Source: an uncultured Clostridia bacterium
Lineage (GTDB): Bacteria > Bacillota > Clostridia > Christensenellales > UBA1242
Length of the DNA stretch: 52,725 nucleotides
Direction: 5' to 3'
Assembly: GCA_944360025.1 (NCBI GenBank)
Contig: CALVTF010000001.1
Location: 1-52,725, forward strand
Shown here: one piece after another, positions 27,862 to 37,298 of the stretch
Position numbering within the stretch: position 1 is the first letter of the stretch
Layout of the letters: the number at the start of each line of letters is the position of its first letter
The notes under the pieces: model-generated
What the model saw: only the letters and a program-made list of their open reading frames with translations
What the model was told of the DNA's origin: nothing
Databases searched by the model: none
Program-made: the position numbers and the translations under genes

Positions 27862-29312
27862 TGGATGCTTGGTTTTGGGTATATGTTTGCTCGTGGTTTA
27901 TTAATCTTCTCCTCCTAATTTCGATGATATTCTTAGAAAGAAGAAAGTTTACTTCTATTGTTTGTTGGATGACTGTTTTAACTGTGCTTCCTGTTGTTGG
28001 CTATATCTTTTACATTGTTATGGGGAACGGGCTTTCTTATAGAACTCGTAAAATGATAAACAAACATAAATTATACGAACTTGACTACAACGAAGAAATA
28101 AAAAACATTCTTGCCATGCAGGAAGATTTAAGAGAAAAACTTGTTGAAGATGCAGGAATTATTAAATGCTGTTATAATCTTGGAAGCATTCTTTGTCCCG
28201 GAAACAAAATTGAATTTTATCGCTGGGGAACAGAAAAAATCTCCGCTTTAAAGAGAGATTTATTGAATGCTAAAGAAAGTATCAATATGGAATATTACAT
28301 TTTTGCTGATGACGTGGCTGGTAAGGAAATTATGAATATTCTAATTAAAAAGGCAAAAGAGGGTGTTAAAGTGAAATTTATCTTTGACTCTATCGGTTGT
28401 CTAGGTGCACCAAGACGCTTTTTTAGAAAACTTAAAAAAGCAGGCGGAGAAGTTGCGGAATTTTTTCCACCTTTTGGACATATTCGTATGATTAACCTTA
28501 AAATGAACTATCGTAATCACCGCAAAATTGTGGTTATTGATGGAAAAATTGGCTACACAGGCGGAATGAATATTCGTGATGACCATATTTACGGCACTAA
28601 GAAGAAATGCACACCTTGGAGAGACGCCCATCTTCGTATGGAGGGAAGCGGAGTTTATATTTTGCAAAATATCTTTCTTAACGATTGGCGTTATTGCAAA
28701 AAAGAAGAGAAAAAACCAGAAGAATATGTTGAAGATGGCTATTTTCCAAAAACAAAAGTTGTTGGGGATACAAGTTTGCAAATTATCTCTTCTGGTCCGG
28801 ACAGCGACATGCAGACAATTAAAGATTGTTATATCAAACTTATAACTAATGCTGAACGTTATGTTGTTATTGAGTCACCGTATTTTGTGCCAGATGAAAG
28901 TTTTATGTCGGCTATAAAAATTGCCCTTGCAAGCGGTGTTAAAGTTTGCATAATAATTCCACAAAAACCCGACCACAAGGCTATTTTCCATGTTTCCATT
29001 TCTTATCTTCAAGAATTAGTGCAAATGGGTGCGGACGTTTATCTTTACAAAGGATTTATGCATGCTAAAGCACTTGTTGTAGATGACGATAAAATTTCTA
29101 TTGGTACTTGCAATACTGACAATCGTTCTTTTGCTTTAAACTTTGAAAACACAGTTGTTATGTACTCCAAGGAAATTGCTGGGAATTACATTAAAACTGT
29201 ACAAGAAGATATTAAAAATGCTATAAAAGTTGATAGCCAATACTATAAAAAACGTAGATGGTACACAAAATTTTTACAAGCGGTTTATCGTTTAGGCTCC
29301 CCTATTCTTTAA
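27861..29312 (+). CDS. cls: cardiolipin synthase (phospholipase D superfamily)
   Basis: 483 aa with two N-terminal TM helices and two HKD motifs (HRKIVVIDGKIGYTGGMNI; HAKALVVDDDKISIGTCNTDNRS). Its ATG overlaps the TAA of the giant gene (TAATG, 27859-27863). Confidence 0.93.
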   Translation: MDAWFWVYVCSWFINLLLLISMIFLERRKFTSIVCWMTVLTVLPVVGYIFYIVMGNGLSYRTRKMINKHKLYELDYNEEIKNILAMQEDLREKLVEDAGIIKCCYNLGSILCPGNKIEFYRWGTEKISALKRDLLNAKESINMEYYIFADDVAGKEIMNILIKKAKEGVKVKFIFDSIGCLGAPRRFFRKLKKAGGEVAEFFPPFGHIRMINLKMNYRNHRKIVVIDGKIGYTGGMNIRDDHIYGTKKKCTPWRDAHLRMEGSGVYILQNIFLNDWRYCKKEEKKPEEYVEDGYFPKTKVVGDTSLQIISSGPDSDMQTIKDCYIKLITNAERYVVIESPYFVPDESFMSAIKIALASGVKVCIIIPQKPDHKAIFHVSISYLQELVQMGADVYLYKGFMHAKALVVDDDKISIGTCNTDNRSFALNFENTVVMYSKEIAGNYIKTVQEDIKNAIKVDSQYYKKRRWYTKFLQAVYRLGSPIL

Positions 29313-29357
29313 AATCTTTTAACATTTTTAGGAGCAAACCAGATTAATTTTCATTAA

Positions 29358-29393
29358 AAAGAAAAAATAGTTGAAAAATACTATTTTTTCTTT
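29358..29393 (+). terminator. AT-rich hairpin after cls, possible terminator
   Basis: 13-bp stem AAAGAAAAAATAG (29358-29370) / CTATTTTTTCTTT (29381-29393) with a 10-nt loop. Only two G:C pairs. Confidence 0.4.
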
Positions 29394-29423
29394 ATCTTTT
29401 TATGAAATTTTGTTATAATACTT

Positions 29424-29987
29424 TTGAGGTGTAATGTGGATTATAAAAAGTTTATTGATAAAGATATTGCTCGCGAAAAATTCATCAAGTATCGTAAATC
29501 TATTTTAGACTCAGCAGAAAGAGGGAATTTTGATGAAACATTTGCAGATATTGGCACCAAGGCACTTGAAGGTGATGCAGTTGCTCAAGATTGTATTGCG
29601 TATTTTTATAGCAAGGGCTTGCCAGGACATTTGAAGGCAAATTATGACCTTTATATGTCTTGGGAAGTTTTGGCTTGTGCAAACGGAAACTGTTTTGCCA
29701 TTGAAAAATTGGAATTCTTTTTGAAATACGCTCTTGATATTATCTTTTCCGTTGATAAAGTCCTTTATGATGCTCTAAGAAAGGGTAATATTACAAAAGA
29801 AAATGGGTTATATGTAATTTCCAACCTTCTTTGTGAAAGTATAGTAGATATTTTAAAAATCAATCCTAAAGAACTTATTTCTCGTGACAACACTTCGCAA
29901 CCTTTTTCGAATGACGTGAATAGAAAATTTGTTGATGCGCTTGAAATCTCTATGCCTATTGTTGTTCAATATATCATTACAGGTTAG
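29424..29987 (+). CDS. hypothetical protein, possibly Sel1-like repeat protein
   Basis: 187 aa. The segment GDAVAQDCIAYFYSKGLPGHLKANYDLYMSWEVLACANGNCFAIEKL resembles a Sel1 repeat (A..lg..Y..G.g...d...A..W...AA..G). Start is uncertain: TTG 29424, or GTG 29436 after GAGGTG. Confidence 0.4.
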   Translation: MRCNVDYKKFIDKDIAREKFIKYRKSILDSAERGNFDETFADIGTKALEGDAVAQDCIAYFYSKGLPGHLKANYDLYMSWEVLACANGNCFAIEKLEFFLKYALDIIFSVDKVLYDALRKGNITKENGLYVISNLLCESIVDILKINPKELISRDNTSQPFSNDVNRKFVDALEISMPIVVQYIITG

Positions 29988-30067
29988 ATTTTTATAATTC
30001 TTAATATTTTATATATTTAGTTGATTTTTTTAATGTTTTAATTTAAAATATTTAAAAAGAGGGGATT

Positions 30068-32080
30068 ATGGCAGAAAAAAAACAATCAAAATTTAAAAAA
30101 ATATCAATAGTCTTTTTAATTTTTTTGGTTATCGGCTACATAGCAGGGGCATGTATTTTATATTTTACAAACGACAACAATTATACATTCCTAGATGCTT
30201 TATATCGTGATGGATATGCTTTTGTCGGTCTTGGTGTAGGCTTTTTGTTTGGATTAATTTATATTTACATGGCAACAAGAAAGAAAAGTTCAGGAATGGT
30301 TTATGGAAAAACAACAGGTAAAACCGCAGAGGGCGTGGAAATGGACTTGAATTTCAACGCAAAAATGCTTACTCCAGATGAATTTGGAAAACAAAATGGT
30401 GTTATTTCGACAACATGGGCACAACTACCAAATTTAAAAAAGACGGGTCTTGTAATCCAAAATTCGCTCCGAAATGGAAAATACAATATTACAATGAAGG
30501 ACGAGTTCCACTCAATGGTTATTGGTGCAACTGCTTCTGGTAAAACTTGGATTGTCTTGATTCCTACAATAAGGATTTTAGGACATTCGGCCGAAAAGCC
30601 AGATATGGTCATATCTGACCCAAAGGGTGAGTTATATCAAAAAACTTCCAATATTTTAAGAGAAGAAGGTTACCGTGTTTATAAATATGATTTGAGAGAA
30701 CCTTTCACCTCTTCGCGTTGGAATCCTATGCAACATGCATATGACGTTTATCAAGAAGCAATGAATTTTAAAAACCAAGTAAAAAAATGCACAAATGGTG
30801 CCTCACCTGAAAAATCTGGTTTTAAAACTATTCCAGGAGAAAAATACGGAGCCGAATGGTACGGTTTTAATGGTGTGGCTTATCCTGATATTGACCAACT
30901 TCGAATAGCAGTATCTAGTACAGAAGAAATGTATAAAGATAAGGCTTATGGCGAACTTAAAGAAATTGCTTCCACTTTGGTTCCTAGAAGTCAGGCACAA
31001 GACCCTACATGGGAAGAGGGGGCTCAAGGTTTCTTGTATGGCGTTATGCTTGCCATGCTTGAGGACAGCCAAATTCCAGAACTTGGTATGTCAAGAGAAA
31101 AATTTAATTTTTACAATCTTTATCGTATTTGTATGTATCGTGACCTTGACCCAGACAATCCTTTTGAAACTTTAAAGAAATATTTGCTTCAAGGACGTGA
31201 CGAAACAAAAAGTGAGGTTGCACAATTAACCTCTGGGGTTGTCAACACTGCTCCTAACACTGCTAAATCATATTTCAGTGTGCTCACCGGAAAAATTAAT
31301 TTTATGCAAGACGTTGGTATTTCTTATCTTACTTCTGAAAGTGATATTGATTTCGGCGGATTTACAGACAAACCAACCGTGCTTTACATTTGTATCCCTG
31401 ACGATAAGGAAGAAAGATACACTTTAGCAAACCTTTGTGTTTCACAACTTTATAAGCGACTTGTCGATAAAACAAACACACTGCCAACAAAGAAATTACC
31501 TCGCCATGTTTATTACCTTCTTGATGAGTTTGGTAATATGCCACCGATTCCAAAGTTTGATAGTATGATAACCGTTTCACGTTCAAGAAATATCATTTAT
31601 GAATTATTAATACAATCATATACTCAGTTAGAAACGAAATATGGTAAAGAAGCGGCTGAAACTATTAAAGGTAACTGCAATATTCAAATCTTTATTGGTA
31701 CGGATGATCAAAACACAAGAGATGATTTCTCAAAGCGTTGTGGCGAAGTACAACTTTTGTATGAAGAAGAAAGCAAGACAAAAAATACCAAAAATTCGGA
31801 TGGAAATTCTAAAAATTATTCTGTTCAAAGAACGACAAGACCGCTTATTTCTGCTTATGAACTTGGACAGTTGCCATTCGGCACTGTGGTTGTCAAAGTT
31901 TTCCGTTTGCAACCATGCAAACTTGAACTCACACCAGCATTCAAAACTCCATTTTTCCACGCAAATGACGTAAAACCTGAAGTCGGTGTTATGAAATCAC
32001 TAGATAAAGATAAGGTTTATTACAATATTAAAGATAGAAATAAGAAAATCTTAAAATCTTCTAGTCCGTTTGATTTCTAA
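30068..32080 (+). CDS. type IV secretion coupling protein (VirD4/TraG/TraD family)
   Basis: 670 aa with two N-terminal TM helices, Walker A GATASGKTW, DPKGEL, Walker B YYLLDEFGNMPPIP, and TVSRSRNI...IQSYTQLETKYG...NCNIQIFIG, a layout typical of T4SS-DNA_transf coupling proteins. GAGGGG RBS. Confidence 0.85.
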   Translation: MAEKKQSKFKKISIVFLIFLVIGYIAGACILYFTNDNNYTFLDALYRDGYAFVGLGVGFLFGLIYIYMATRKKSSGMVYGKTTGKTAEGVEMDLNFNAKMLTPDEFGKQNGVISTTWAQLPNLKKTGLVIQNSLRNGKYNITMKDEFHSMVIGATASGKTWIVLIPTIRILGHSAEKPDMVISDPKGELYQKTSNILREEGYRVYKYDLREPFTSSRWNPMQHAYDVYQEAMNFKNQVKKCTNGASPEKSGFKTIPGEKYGAEWYGFNGVAYPDIDQLRIAVSSTEEMYKDKAYGELKEIASTLVPRSQAQDPTWEEGAQGFLYGVMLAMLEDSQIPELGMSREKFNFYNLYRICMYRDLDPDNPFETLKKYLLQGRDETKSEVAQLTSGVVNTAPNTAKSYFSVLTGKINFMQDVGISYLTSESDIDFGGFTDKPTVLYICIPDDKEERYTLANLCVSQLYKRLVDKTNTLPTKKLPRHVYYLLDEFGNMPPIPKFDSMITVSRSRNIIYELLIQSYTQLETKYGKEAAETIKGNCNIQIFIGTDDQNTRDDFSKRCGEVQLLYEEESKTKNTKNSDGNSKNYSVQRTTRPLISAYELGQLPFGTVVVKVFRLQPCKLELTPAFKTPFFHANDVKPEVGVMKSLDKDKVYYNIKDRNKKILKSSSPFDF

Positions 32081-32129
32081 CACACGTTGTGTGTTTCTAA
32101 GATTTTCTATTATCTAATGAGACCAATTT

Positions 32130-32160
32130 AAAACTAGCAAGCAAGACTTGCTAGTTTTAT
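32130..32160 (+). terminator. intrinsic terminator after the coupling-protein gene
   Basis: Stem AAAACTAGCAAG (32130-32141) / CTTGCTAGTTTT (32147-32158) with a 5-nt loop, running into a T-run. Confidence 0.7.
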
Positions 32161-32299
32161 TTAAAAAATAAATAACACTCTTAAAAAAACACATACAATA
32201 TGTGGAAATGTGGATAACTCTAATTTTTATAAAATTTTAAATAAACCTTTTTAGTAAATTATAGGTGTCATAAAAGTTTTGCCTTTCATATAAAAAAGT

Positions 32300-32764
32300 A
32301 TGGAAAATTATAATGACGAAAAGTTAGCCGAGAATTTTGAAACGATTGCTCGTGCATATTCAAAGTCAATGAAAAATAAGGGCTTTATCTTTATTAAACT
32401 TGAAGAAGAGGAATTTTCTCTACTTTTAGAGGAAATTTGTCTATTATTTTCCAAAATAATGGCATGTCTTGAAAGGCTTAAAGGCTTTTTAGATTGTACA
32501 CTATTAAAAGAAGTAACCTATCAAAACGAAAAAGATTTTAAGGGAAAGTTTAATGTTAAATCAAAATGTCGTTTTAAAAATGTTGAAAACCCGACAAATT
32601 GTTTCTTATCTTTAATTTCTTTGGAAAATATGCTTACTTTAAAACTCATGATATTGTCGGTAAAAAGTGGAGAACTTGAGTTTTGTCAAAATATCATAAC
32701 AAAGAGAACTAGGATTTATGCATCAAGTTTTTCACTCGAAGGTTTTGTTTTGTTAGATGAATAG
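32300..32764 (+). CDS. hypothetical protein (154 aa)
   Basis: ORF with no recognisable motif. Cys- and Leu-rich, with no TM segment. Confidence 0.45.
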   Translation: MENYNDEKLAENFETIARAYSKSMKNKGFIFIKLEEEEFSLLLEEICLLFSKIMACLERLKGFLDCTLLKEVTYQNEKDFKGKFNVKSKCRFKNVENPTNCFLSLISLENMLTLKLMILSVKSGELEFCQNIITKRTRIYASSFSLEGFVLLDE

Positions 32765-32840
32765 TTTAAAATATTAGTGTCTAATGTCTTTAATCTGTTT
32801 GACTTTTTATCTTCTTCTTGGATATAATGTCTAAGAGGTT

Positions 32841-33386
32841 ATGATGAAAAACAAAAGTAAAAGTTTCTTCGCATCAATAATTAGCACTGCTGTTTTTGCA
32901 CTTTATATATGTGCTTTAATTTATATTATAGTGGCGGCATGGGTAGGATTTCAAAAAAGTGGGCTTGATGACACTCGCAAAGCGGTGGAAGGCTCACTTT
33001 ATTTAGTGCTTATGGTCGTTATTATTTGTGCTTTTGTTTTATCTCTTATATGCCTAATCCATACCATTAAAAACAGAAATTTATTTATCGGACAAGCCCG
33101 TAAATTAATGTTGTCAACTGTTTTTTTTGATTATTTTGTGGCATTTTTGTTTTTCATATTAAGTGTTTCAGGTGTTGGTGTTCTCGCTGCAGTTTTGTAT
33201 GTTGTTGGATTATTACTTCTTGCTTTGGCAGGAACTTTGTATTTAATAGATTATAATGAAGATATAAAACTTCAAAAAGCAAACCGTAGCAAAATTGATA
33301 ATACGGCAGTACAAGATGCATACTACAAAATTAAAGAGATCATGGACAAAGAAAATGAAGAAAAACATGAGGATAAAAAGGATTAA
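32841..33386 (+). CDS. integral membrane protein (about 4 TM), unknown function
   Basis: 181 aa with four hydrophobic helices and a charged C-terminal tail (KENEEKHEDKKD). Confidence 0.6.
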   Translation: MMKNKSKSFFASIISTAVFALYICALIYIIVAAWVGFQKSGLDDTRKAVEGSLYLVLMVVIICAFVLSLICLIHTIKNRNLFIGQARKLMLSTVFFDYFVAFLFFILSVSGVGVLAAVLYVVGLLLLALAGTLYLIDYNEDIKLQKANRSKIDNTAVQDAYYKIKEIMDKENEEKHEDKKD

Positions 33387-33391
33387 AGAAA

Positions 33392-34237
33392 ATGGAAATC
33401 GGAATTACTATTTTTACAATATTTTTGGTAGCAATTTTTGTTGGTCTTATAATTTTTGCTTTTATTAAAGAAAAAAAGAGTTTATCGAAATATACTACTA
33501 ACCTAATTTTTAAAAACTACAATAAAAAACTCGACAAAGTTTCAAATCTATTTAAAAATGAAAAACTCGACAAACTTTTAACAGAGTGTCATTTAAATAT
33601 TGTCGAAAAAGAAAATCTTTCTGAGAATATGATTTTTGACAACATAAAAACTATAGATAAACTTGAAGATAATTGGGCTCTTTTGAAAAATATTCAAAAA
33701 GAATTTGCTCACCGCGGAAGTGTTGAAGATAGAATTTCTCTTCTCAAAAAACCACTTGAAATAGTGAATGTAGAAAAATACGTTGCCTTTCCAAGTAATA
33801 TTAAACACAAAGCACTTTTAATGTTTAATGAAAAGTTTAACGAGATTAAACTTGATAATGATACAAAAAAAATATTAAGTGGAACTCCATGTTATAAATT
33901 TGGTGACGTGTTTATGTTTTTAGAGAAAAAAATTTTGAAAATTGACATGGAAAATGTCTTTGCGGTGGAATTTCTTGAATATGAAAATATAAATATTAAG
34001 GTTAGCAAAAGTGGTGAAGAGTGGGTAGACTTCGATGGTACTTATGATTTAGAAGAAACTGTTCACAAATTTCCAGATGGGGTGGATAAGGATGACCCAT
34101 ATATAAAAGAACAAGTATTGCAAAAAAAATATGTTTTATCATTTACAAATGGTAGTATGATTTACGACGTAGAACATAAAGAAGTAATAACAGAACTTCA
34201 AGAAAAATATGAAAAGTTGACAATTACATTAAAATAA
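33392..34237 (+). CDS. N-terminally anchored protein (281 aa), unknown function
   Basis: Starts 5 nt after the previous stop. Has an N-terminal TM helix (ITIFTIFLVAIFVGLIIFAFI). No motif recognised. Confidence 0.55.
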   Translation: MEIGITIFTIFLVAIFVGLIIFAFIKEKKSLSKYTTNLIFKNYNKKLDKVSNLFKNEKLDKLLTECHLNIVEKENLSENMIFDNIKTIDKLEDNWALLKNIQKEFAHRGSVEDRISLLKKPLEIVNVEKYVAFPSNIKHKALLMFNEKFNEIKLDNDTKKILSGTPCYKFGDVFMFLEKKILKIDMENVFAVEFLEYENINIKVSKSGEEWVDFDGTYDLEETVHKFPDGVDKDDPYIKEQVLQKKYVLSFTNGSMIYDVEHKEVITELQEKYEKLTITLK

Positions 34238-34256
34238 CAGGCATGGCCTGTTTTTT
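34236..34256 (+). terminator. intrinsic terminator overlapping the stop codon
   Basis: TAACAGGC ATG GCCTGTT followed by TTTT. The stem ACAGGC/GCCTGT begins inside the TAA stop (34235-34237). Confidence 0.7.
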
Positions 34257-34520
34257 ATGTAAATGTATTTGAAATTAAAAAGCACTGCCTCATTTAATTA
34301 AATATATAATAAGTATTTCATATATTAAAGAACAAAACAGTGCTTAAAATTTCCATATTAAATATATGGTTTGTGTTTTGCGAATAGATTTTGAAAATTC
34401 TTAAAAATAGCATTTTGTTATAAATTTATAACTTGCGTTCGTCAATTTCGCTATAGAGAAATTTTGTAAAAATTTATATAAAATTTTATAATTTATTAAA
34501 TTTAAAAAAATTTATAAAAA

Positions 34521-34571
34521 ACACAAGATATTGAGTCAATTTCTTGACAAAACCACCATATCTATTATAAA
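34521..34571 (+). promoter_or_regulatory. nrdDG promoter with two NrdR-box-like sites
   Basis: Box 1 ACACAAGATATTGAGT (34521-34536) matches 14/16 of my remembered consensus acaCwAtATaTwGtgt. Box 2 CCACCATATCTATTAT (34553-34568) matches 11/16, with centres 32 bp apart. -35 TTGACA (34544-34549), a 16-nt spacer, then -10 TATAAA (34566-34571). Confidence 0.45.
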
Positions 34572-34606
34572 ATGAAGTTAGATTTCAAAATATAGGAGGC
34601 AAAAAA

Positions 34607-36763
34607 ATGCAAGTCGTAAAGCGTAATGGCAGTATTGTAGATTTTGACCCAAGCAAAATTGTAGGGGCCATAACAAAAGCAAATGAAACTGTTAAAGAAA
34701 AGGAAAGAGCGTCTAAAAAGGAAATTCAAGAGATTGTTGATTACATAAAAGGTATTAACAAGAACAGAATTTTAGTGGAAGATATTCAAGACCTTGTCGA
34801 AGAAAAATTAATGGATTTTAAGCACTTTGAACTAGCGAAGAAATATATTATTTATCGCTACACTCGTGCTCTTGTTAGAAAGGCTAATACCACCGACCAA
34901 TCAATAAAAGAACTTATTGATGGTGAAAGTGAATATTGGAATACGGAAAATTCCAATAAAAATGCAAGAATTGTTACCACTCAAAGAGACTATCTTGCAG
35001 GTATTACTAGCACGGATATAACAAGAAGATTTTTGCTTCCAGAAGATATTGTAAAAGCGCATGATGAGGGGATAATTCACTTCCATGATGCAGACTATTT
35101 TGCTCAAAATGCTCTTCATAACTGCGACCTAATAAATCTTGAGGATATGCTTCAAAACGGCACAAATATTAATGGTGTAATGATTGAGAAACCTCATAAG
35201 TTTTTGACGGCAATGACAATTGCAACGCAAATTATAACTGCCGTAACTTCCAGCCAATATGGCGGAGCAACCGTTACAATGACTCATCTTGCACCATTTG
35301 TTAGAGAAAGTTATAAACGTTATCTTCAAAAATATCGTGACAGAAAACTCTCTGAAGAGCAATGCGTTCAATTCGCTAAAGAGGACGTTTTAAGAGAAAT
35401 TAAAGACGGCGTTCAAACCTTCCAATATCAAGTAAATTCTATGACCACAACAAATGGACAGGCACCATTCTTAAGTGTTTGTTTGTACCTTGGTGAAACA
35501 GAAGAATATAAAGAAGAACTTGCTCTTATTGTCGAAGAAATTTTAAAACAAAGAATTGAAGGAATGAAAAATGAAAAAGGTGTGTATATTACACCAGCAT
35601 TCCCAAAACTTCTTTACGTTTTGGAAGAGGACAATATTCATGAAGGCAGTAAATATTGGTATTTAACAGAACTTGCTGCAAAATGTACAGCAAAACGTAT
35701 GGTGCCAGATTATATTTCTGAAAAAATTATGAAACAACTCAAAATAGACAAAAATGGAAATGGAAATTGCTATCCATGTATGGGTTGTCGTTCCTTCCTT
35801 ACACCATATGTTGACCCAAAAACAAACAAACCAAAATATTATGGGAGATTTAATCAAGGAGTTGTAACTATTAATCTTGTGGACGTTGCACTTTCTTCTA
35901 ATGGTGATTTTGACAATTTCTGGAAAATTTTTGATGAAAGATTGGAACTTTGTCACCGCGCTCTTCAAATTAGACATGAACGTCTTGCACATGTAACAAG
36001 TGACGTTGCGCCAATTCTTTGGCAACACGGAGCATTAGCAAGACTTCAAAAAGGCGAAAGTATTCATCCACTTCTTCATGGTGGATATTCCACAATTTCT
36101 CTTGGCTATGCCGGATTATATGAATGTGTAAAATATATGACGGGACATTCTCACACCGGTGAAGGCAAAGTATTTGGACTTCAAGTTATGCAACACCTTA
36201 ATGATAGATGCAAGGAATGGAAACAAGAGGAAGATATTGATTATAGTGTTTATGGAACACCTATTGAGTCAACAACATATAAATTTGCTAAGAATTTAAA
36301 GAAAAGATTTGGAACTATAGAAGGCATAACAGATAAAGATTATATCACCAATTCTTATCATGTTCCCGTTTTCGAGGAAATCGACGCATTCTCAAAACTT
36401 AAACTTGAAAGCGAATTTCAAAAACTTAGTCCTGGTGGTGCTGTTTCGTATATTGAAACTCCAAATCTTCAAGATAATTTGGAAGTTATTCTGCAAGTTA
36501 TTAAGTATATTTATGACAATATTATGTATGCAGAATTAAATACTAAATCAGATTATTGTCAAAAATGCGGTTATACAGGTGAAATTTTAATTGATGATAA
36601 TCTTGAATGGTATTGCCCAAATTGTGGAAATCGTGACCATTCAACATTAAATGTTGCAAGAAGAACATGTGGATATATCGGCACAAACTTCTGGAATAAG
36701 GGAAGAACTCAAGAAATAAAGGAAAGAGTGCTTCACATAGACAATAAGGACGATGACGAATGA
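34607..36763 (+). CDS. nrdD: anaerobic ribonucleoside-triphosphate reductase (class III RNR)
   Basis: 718 aa with an N-terminal ATP-cone (VVKRNGSIVDFDPSKI...), C-terminal Zn site CQKCGY...CPNCGN and glycyl-radical motif RRTCGYIG. AGGAGG RBS. Confidence 0.96.
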   Translation: MQVVKRNGSIVDFDPSKIVGAITKANETVKEKERASKKEIQEIVDYIKGINKNRILVEDIQDLVEEKLMDFKHFELAKKYIIYRYTRALVRKANTTDQSIKELIDGESEYWNTENSNKNARIVTTQRDYLAGITSTDITRRFLLPEDIVKAHDEGIIHFHDADYFAQNALHNCDLINLEDMLQNGTNINGVMIEKPHKFLTAMTIATQIITAVTSSQYGGATVTMTHLAPFVRESYKRYLQKYRDRKLSEEQCVQFAKEDVLREIKDGVQTFQYQVNSMTTTNGQAPFLSVCLYLGETEEYKEELALIVEEILKQRIEGMKNEKGVYITPAFPKLLYVLEEDNIHEGSKYWYLTELAAKCTAKRMVPDYISEKIMKQLKIDKNGNGNCYPCMGCRSFLTPYVDPKTNKPKYYGRFNQGVVTINLVDVALSSNGDFDNFWKIFDERLELCHRALQIRHERLAHVTSDVAPILWQHGALARLQKGESIHPLLHGGYSTISLGYAGLYECVKYMTGHSHTGEGKVFGLQVMQHLNDRCKEWKQEEDIDYSVYGTPIESTTYKFAKNLKKRFGTIEGITDKDYITNSYHVPVFEEIDAFSKLKLESEFQKLSPGGAVSYIETPNLQDNLEVILQVIKYIYDNIMYAELNTKSDYCQKCGYTGEILIDDNLEWYCPNCGNRDHSTLNVARRTCGYIGTNFWNKGRTQEIKERVLHIDNKDDDE

Positions 36764-37263
36764 GATATAATAAAATTAGGAAAATGGACATTTCAAATGG
36801 TAAAGGTGTAAGAGTTTCGTTGTTTGTGCAAGGTTGCACTTTTAACTGTAAAAACTGCTTTAATCCAGAAACTCACGACTTTAACGGAGGCAAAGAGTTT
36901 ACTGATGAAACAATTACACATATTCTTGACCTCTGTCAAAATGAAAATGTCGAAGGACTGTCTCTTCTTGGTGGAGAGCCTATGCATCCAACAAATTTAG
37001 AGGGTGTAACAAAACTTGCCAAGGTATTTAAAGAAAGATTTCCAAATAAAAACCTTTGGGCTTGGACAGGCTTTACATATGAAAACTATTTAAAAGGCAA
37101 AGAAATTGTGAAATATCTTGACGTTTTGGTGGACGGGCAATATGTCGACGAACTCCATGATTTTACGTTGAAATGGCGAGGCTCTTCAAATCAACGAGTA
37201 ATTGATATTCCTAAAACTCTTCAAGAAGGGAAAGTGGTTTTGCTGGAAGAAGCATATAAATAA
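36760..37263 (+). CDS. nrdG: anaerobic RNR activating protein (radical SAM)
   Basis: 167 aa with CxxxCxxC = CTFNCKNC and GGEP = LLGGEPM. ATGA start/stop overlap with nrdD. Confidence 0.95.
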   Translation: MRYNKIRKMDISNGKGVRVSLFVQGCTFNCKNCFNPETHDFNGGKEFTDETITHILDLCQNENVEGLSLLGGEPMHPTNLEGVTKLAKVFKERFPNKNLWAWTGFTYENYLKGKEIVKYLDVLVDGQYVDELHDFTLKWRGSSNQRVIDIPKTLQEGKVVLLEEAYK

Positions 37264-37298
37264 AAATCAAAATTATAAAATTAGAAAGTTGGATATAT

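Noticed and set aside
32201-32217. DnaA-box-like sequences TGTGGAAAT and perfect TGTGGATAA (complement of TTATCCACA) in tandem downstream of the coupling-protein gene
   Set aside because: A single perfect 9-mer is expected by chance at roughly this frequency in 2 x 52.7 kb of AT-rich DNA. There is no cluster of boxes, no AT-rich unwinding element pattern that I can tie to it, and no dnaA/dnaN nearby.
36761-36763. Possibility that the organism uses genetic code 4 (TGA = Trp), given its Mollicutes-like AT-richness
   Set aside because: TGA ends nrdD exactly at the ATGA overlap with nrdG. It also ends both ABC exporter genes (50279-50281, 52066-52068) at positions matching normal protein C-termini. 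The long ORFs are all intact under code 11.
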